From NCBI GenBank assembly GCA_044220955.1, contig JBGAQA010000007.1:65402-129401 (forward strand): 64,000 nt of DNA. The letters are read 5' to 3'. The translations under genes were made by a program, and so were the position numbers. Shown here one piece after another: positions 60,511 through 64,000 of the stretch. Position 1 is the first letter of the stretch; each line of letters starts with the position of its first letter. The DNA comes from Sandaracinaceae bacterium. GTDB taxonomy: Bacteria > Myxococcota_A > Polyangia > Polyangiales > Sandaracinaceae. Under the pieces are notes generated by a model. The model saw only the letters and a program-made list of their open reading frames with translations. It was not told where the DNA came from and did no database searches.

Positions 60511-63155
60511 TCGGCCGCTCCGATGAGGCTGCGGACGGCGTTCGCCAGCTGGTCGTCGTGGAAGCTGCTCTTGGCGAGGTAGTGATCGGCGCCGACCTCG
60601 AGGCCTCGCATCCGGTCCTCGTCGCCCTCCTTGTAGGAGACGATGATGACGGGCAGCCGCGCCAGGCGTGCGTCGGCGCGGATGGTGCGGGTCAGCTCGA
60701 GGCCGCTCATGCGGGGCATGTCCACGTCGACCACGGCGAGGTCGTACTGGCCGTTGCGCAGCATGGCCCAGCCTTCCACACCATCGACGGCTACGTCCAC
60801 GAGGTAGCCGCGCGCCCCGAGCAGCTGCCGCTGCACCTCGCGCACGGTCACGGAGTCGTCGACGACCAGGATGCGCTTCTGCGCGCCCCGCTCCGTCGAG
60901 CGCGCCGCGCGCTGGAGCGTCCGCCCGCGCCGACGCGAGAGCTTCTCGATCGAGTGCATCAGGTCGTCCGCGTCGAGGACGAGCGTGGGCGAGCCATCGG
61001 CGAGCAGCGCCGCTGCTGCCACGTCGGGCACGCGGCCCAGCCGTGGATCGAGCGGACGCACGACGAGATCGTCCTCGCCACGGGTGCCGTCCACGACGAG
61101 GCCGTAGCGTGCGCCCTCGTCGCCGAGCAGCACCAGCGTGAGATCGCCGGCCTGCGCGCGCGGCGGCCCGAGCTCGAGGACCTCGTCTGCTCGGATGACG
61201 CCCACGTTCTCGCCATCGAGCTCCACGTAGTCTCGACCCTCGGCGTTGTGCACGTCGCGCGGCGAGACGCGCACGACGCGTCCGGCGTTCGCCAGCGGCA
61301 GCGCGAACGTCTCGTCGGCGATGACGACGAGGAGCGCGCGCACCACGACGCGGGTGACCGGCAGCGTCAGCTCGAAGCGCGTGAACTTCTCCGCCTCGCT
61401 CGTCAGCGCGATGCGGCCGCCCAGCCGCGCGCACTCGGTCCGCACGGCGTCGAGCCCCACGCCCCGTCCGGAGTGGACGCTGACGTCCTTCGCGGTGGAG
61501 AAGCCCGGCAGGAAGAGCATCTCGACGAGCTCGGCGCGACCGAGGTTGCGCGCCGTGAGCTCGTCCACGAGCTGGCGCGCGATCACGGTCGCGCGGATGC
61601 GCTCGTGGTCGATTCCGGCACCGTCGTCCATCACGACGAGCGAGAGCTGACCGCGCGCGTGCGTCAGATCCACGCGGATCGTCCCCTGGGGCGGCTTGCC
61701 ACGCCGGGCGCGTTCCACCTCGGGCTCGAGCCCGTGGTCGAGCGCGTTGACCAGCAGGTGGTGGAGCATCGGCTCGACGGACGCGAGCACGTCGCCGTCG
61801 ACGAGGGTGGCACCCCCGGTGACCTCGAGCTTCGCGTTCTTCCCGAGCGCGCGCGCGGCGTCGCGTACTTGCCTGCGCATCGAGGGGAGCAGCTGCGCGA
61901 ACGGACGCTGCCGCGCGCCCAGCGACTCCACGTAGAGGCGCTCGCCCGCGTCGAGCAGCCGCTCGAGCCCGTGGCCGGCGCTCGCCTGCGCGTCGGCGAG
62001 CTGCCGCGTCACCACCGCGAGGTCGTGCGCGAGCTGATCGATCAGCGTGACGGCGCCCGGATCCCCCCACGTCCGCGCACGCTCGCGGAGGTCGGCGGTG
62101 CGCGCCACGACCCGGAGCTGCGCGCGCTCGACGGCCGCCGTGCTCCGTGACCAGGCGGCGAGGCGTCGCGCCTCGACGACGGTCTCGCCGGCGAGCCCGA
62201 GGAGGCGGCTGATGCTGTCGGCGCTCACCCGCAGCGCCCGCGGGTCAGCGCCGACGCTCCCGGGCGCGCTCGTGCCGGCTCCCGTTCCGGAGCGCGCGCT
62301 CGCCGACGGGGACACCTGGGCCGTCGCCCCCTCGCTCCGGCGCAAGGCCACGAAGACCTCCTCCACCGTGCCGTGTCGCTTGGCGAGCCACGCGGGGAGC
62401 TCGGCGCCCGGCACGCGCGTGAGCTCGGCCAGCAGATCCACGAGCCGCAGCAGCGCCTGGATCTCGCCGGGCGAGAGCGGACGCCCGCGCTGCGCCGCGG
62501 TGAGCGTGTCCTCCGCCGCGTGGAGCGACGCGACGAGGTCGCCCAGGCCGACGATCCGCGCCGCACCCTTGAGCGAGTGCGCGATGCGCATCGCCTCCTC
62601 GCCCTCGCGCGCAGGATCGCCGCCGGCCTCCAGCGAGAGGACCAGCTCCTGCAGGCGCGGCGCGGCGCCGTCGACCTCCGCGACGAAGAGCGCGAGCAGA
62701 TCGGGCTCGACCACGGCCGGCAGGTCCGCCCGCGCGGCCGGCGTCCTTCGCAGCGTCACCCCGTGGGTCACGTCGTCGCGCACGGATCCGTCTCCGAGGG
62801 CTAGCGCCGCGACGAGGCCGATGAGCTCGGTGCGCGATCGACGCGACCAGTCGGGCCAGCGATCGGGCGACTCGCGCGCGCCCGCCAGGACGATCTCGAG
62901 GATCCGAGCCATCGCCGGCGCAGCACGCTCGCCGATGGGCGCGCCGCGCTCCCACGCTGCGAGCGCGTCCGCGACGGCGTCGGCGACGCGCCGCAGCCCC
63001 TCGAATTCGGCGCGCCGCGCCTCGGCGGCGAGCGTGCTCCAGCCGGCGAGCAGCTCCGGCGTCCGTGCGCGCAGCCGCGTGGCGTCGGCCGCAGCCACAC
63101 CGAGCTCGCCCACGACGCGCTCGACCTCGGTGCGGAGCCGGTCGACGGCGCTCAT
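60507..63155 (-). CDS. cheA: Hybrid CheA kinase (WspE-like): Hpt, HATPase, CheW, REC
   Basis: AHSLKGAAR, NALDHG, DDGAGID, FLPGFST, SGRGVGLDAV, ILVVDDS, DVDMP, YLAKSSFHD. Confidence 0.95.
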   Translation of the reverse strand: MSAVDRLRTEVERVVGELGVAAADATRLRARTPELLAGWSTLAAEARRAEFEGLRRVADAVADALAAWERGAPIGERAAPAMARILEIVLAGARESPDRWPDWSRRSRTELIGLVAALALGDGSVRDDVTHGVTLRRTPAARADLPAVVEPDLLALFVAEVDGAAPRLQELVLSLEAGGDPAREGEEAMRIAHSLKGAARIVGLGDLVASLHAAEDTLTAAQRGRPLSPGEIQALLRLVDLLAELTRVPGAELPAWLAKRHGTVEEVFVALRRSEGATAQVSPSASARSGTGAGTSAPGSVGADPRALRVSADSISRLLGLAGETVVEARRLAAWSRSTAAVERAQLRVVARTADLRERARTWGDPGAVTLIDQLAHDLAVVTRQLADAQASAGHGLERLLDAGERLYVESLGARQRPFAQLLPSMRRQVRDAARALGKNAKLEVTGGATLVDGDVLASVEPMLHHLLVNALDHGLEPEVERARRGKPPQGTIRVDLTHARGQLSLVVMDDGAGIDHERIRATVIARQLVDELTARNLGRAELVEMLFLPGFSTAKDVSVHSGRGVGLDAVRTECARLGGRIALTSEAEKFTRFELTLPVTRVVVRALLVVIADETFALPLANAGRVVRVSPRDVHNAEGRDYVELDGENVGVIRADEVLELGPPRAQAGDLTLVLLGDEGARYGLVVDGTRGEDDLVVRPLDPRLGRVPDVAAAALLADGSPTLVLDADDLMHSIEKLSRRRGRTLQRAARSTERGAQKRILVVDDSVTVREVQRQLLGARGYLVDVAVDGVEGWAMLRNGQYDLAVVDVDMPRMSGLELTRTIRADARLARLPVIIVSYKEGDEDRMRGLEVGADHYLAKSSFHDDQLANAVRSLIGAAE

Positions 63156-63913
63156 GCGAGCGCGCGCTCCAGCGAGGCGAGGAGGCGATCGACGTCGAGG
63201 AGCGACCAGGGCCGGTCCGCGAGCCGGACGATGCCGCGGACGTGGGTGTCGAGCGCCGCCGAGATCGTCGCGGGCGGATCTCCGACGAGCGCGAGGTCGG
63301 CGTCACGCAGCGACACGCGATGGACGTGGAAGGCGCAGCGACGTGCCTCGTCGCCGACGACCACGAGCCGCGGCTCGGCCGTCTCGCGGTCCGGCGGCAG
63401 GCCCAGCACGACGGAGAGCGAGAAGCAGGGCTCCAGCTTGCCCTGGACGTTCACGAGACCGAGGAACGCGGCGCTCGTGCGGTGCGGGACGCGGCGCACG
63501 GGTCGGGTCGCGCTGACCTCGACGATGCGCTTGGCGTCGAGCGCGAGGCTCGTGCCACCGACGTCGAAGGTGATGACGGAGAACGTCTGAGGTGCGGCGT
63601 CCAGCTCGCCACGGCGCGGCGCCGCCAGGCCGGCGCTGGTGGGGCTCTTCGTCGTGCCCGCGCTCGAAGGGGCCCTCGGTCCCTCGCTCGAGGGCGCGCG
63701 CGCCTCTCCCGCGAGGGTGGGCAGCTTCGCGACGGTCGATCCGGCGTCCACGTCCAGGCGGGAGAGGAGCTGGTGCGCGGCGACGACGATCACCGGGCAC
63801 TCGCGGCAGTGCGCGCGCTCCGCGAGCTCGGGGCAGCTGCGGTCGCCGCCCAGCACTCCCAGGGTCGACCAGCAGCGCTGGCTCGCGCGGGCGCGCGCGT
63901 CCTCGCGGTTCAT
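63152..63913 (-). CDS. cheW: CheW adaptor with Cys-rich N-terminus (WspD-like)
   Basis: CWSTLGVLGGDRSCPEL...HCRECPV, then RRVPHR...LGLVNVQG. Confidence 0.9.
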   Translation of the reverse strand: MNREDARARASQRCWSTLGVLGGDRSCPELAERAHCRECPVIVVAAHQLLSRLDVDAGSTVAKLPTLAGEARAPSSEGPRAPSSAGTTKSPTSAGLAAPRRGELDAAPQTFSVITFDVGGTSLALDAKRIVEVSATRPVRRVPHRTSAAFLGLVNVQGKLEPCFSLSVVLGLPPDRETAEPRLVVVGDEARRCAFHVHRVSLRDADLALVGDPPATISAALDTHVRGIVRLADRPWSLLDVDRLLASLERALA

Positions 63914-64000
63914 CGCCGCGCCCGCGCGAGGGAGTCGGGGGGCGCGGCCGCGCGTACGCGCGCGCCGCGCGGTCGGGGCGCCGGCGCGCGCGAGACGACC
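63910..64000 (-). CDS. Probable 3' end of the upstream operon gene (WspC/CheR position)
   Basis: Open frame ...PPDSLARARR ending in a TGA that overlaps the cheW ATG. Identity is inferred only from gene order. Confidence 0.3.
   Translation of the reverse strand, partial: VVSRAPAPRPRGARVRAAAPPDSLARARR

Overview
Very GC-rich chromosomal segment. The 16S sequence and gene content (three Hanks-type Ser/Thr kinases, many lipoproteins, a Wsp-like chemosensory operon) suggest Myxococcota, probably Polyangia; this is an inference without a database search. It holds a DUF2490-pstSCAB phosphate operon with paired Pho-box-like repeats, coaE, dtd and astA, and one complete rRNA operon (16S-tRNA-Ile-tRNA-Ala-23S-5S). 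Downstream are a class-III aminotransferase, a cluster of GT-C-fold-like membrane proteins, ric, sixA, lepB, miaE, ftsB, a decayed DUF433/PIN toxin-antitoxin pair and a TetR locus with clear operators. Two things are most unusual. (1) A ~1,546-aa fusion of an AstD-like aldehyde dehydrogenase, two class-III aminotransferase folds that both lack the PLP lysine, and a GNAT acyltransferase; it lies across the rRNA operon from astA. (2) A Wsp-type chemosensory operon whose WspR output position holds a Ser/Thr kinase with a pseudo-receiver, followed by a tandem DUF2791 (BrxD-like) ATPase. No CRISPR array, transposase, integrase or prophage gene was seen. All product calls come from motif recognition by eye.
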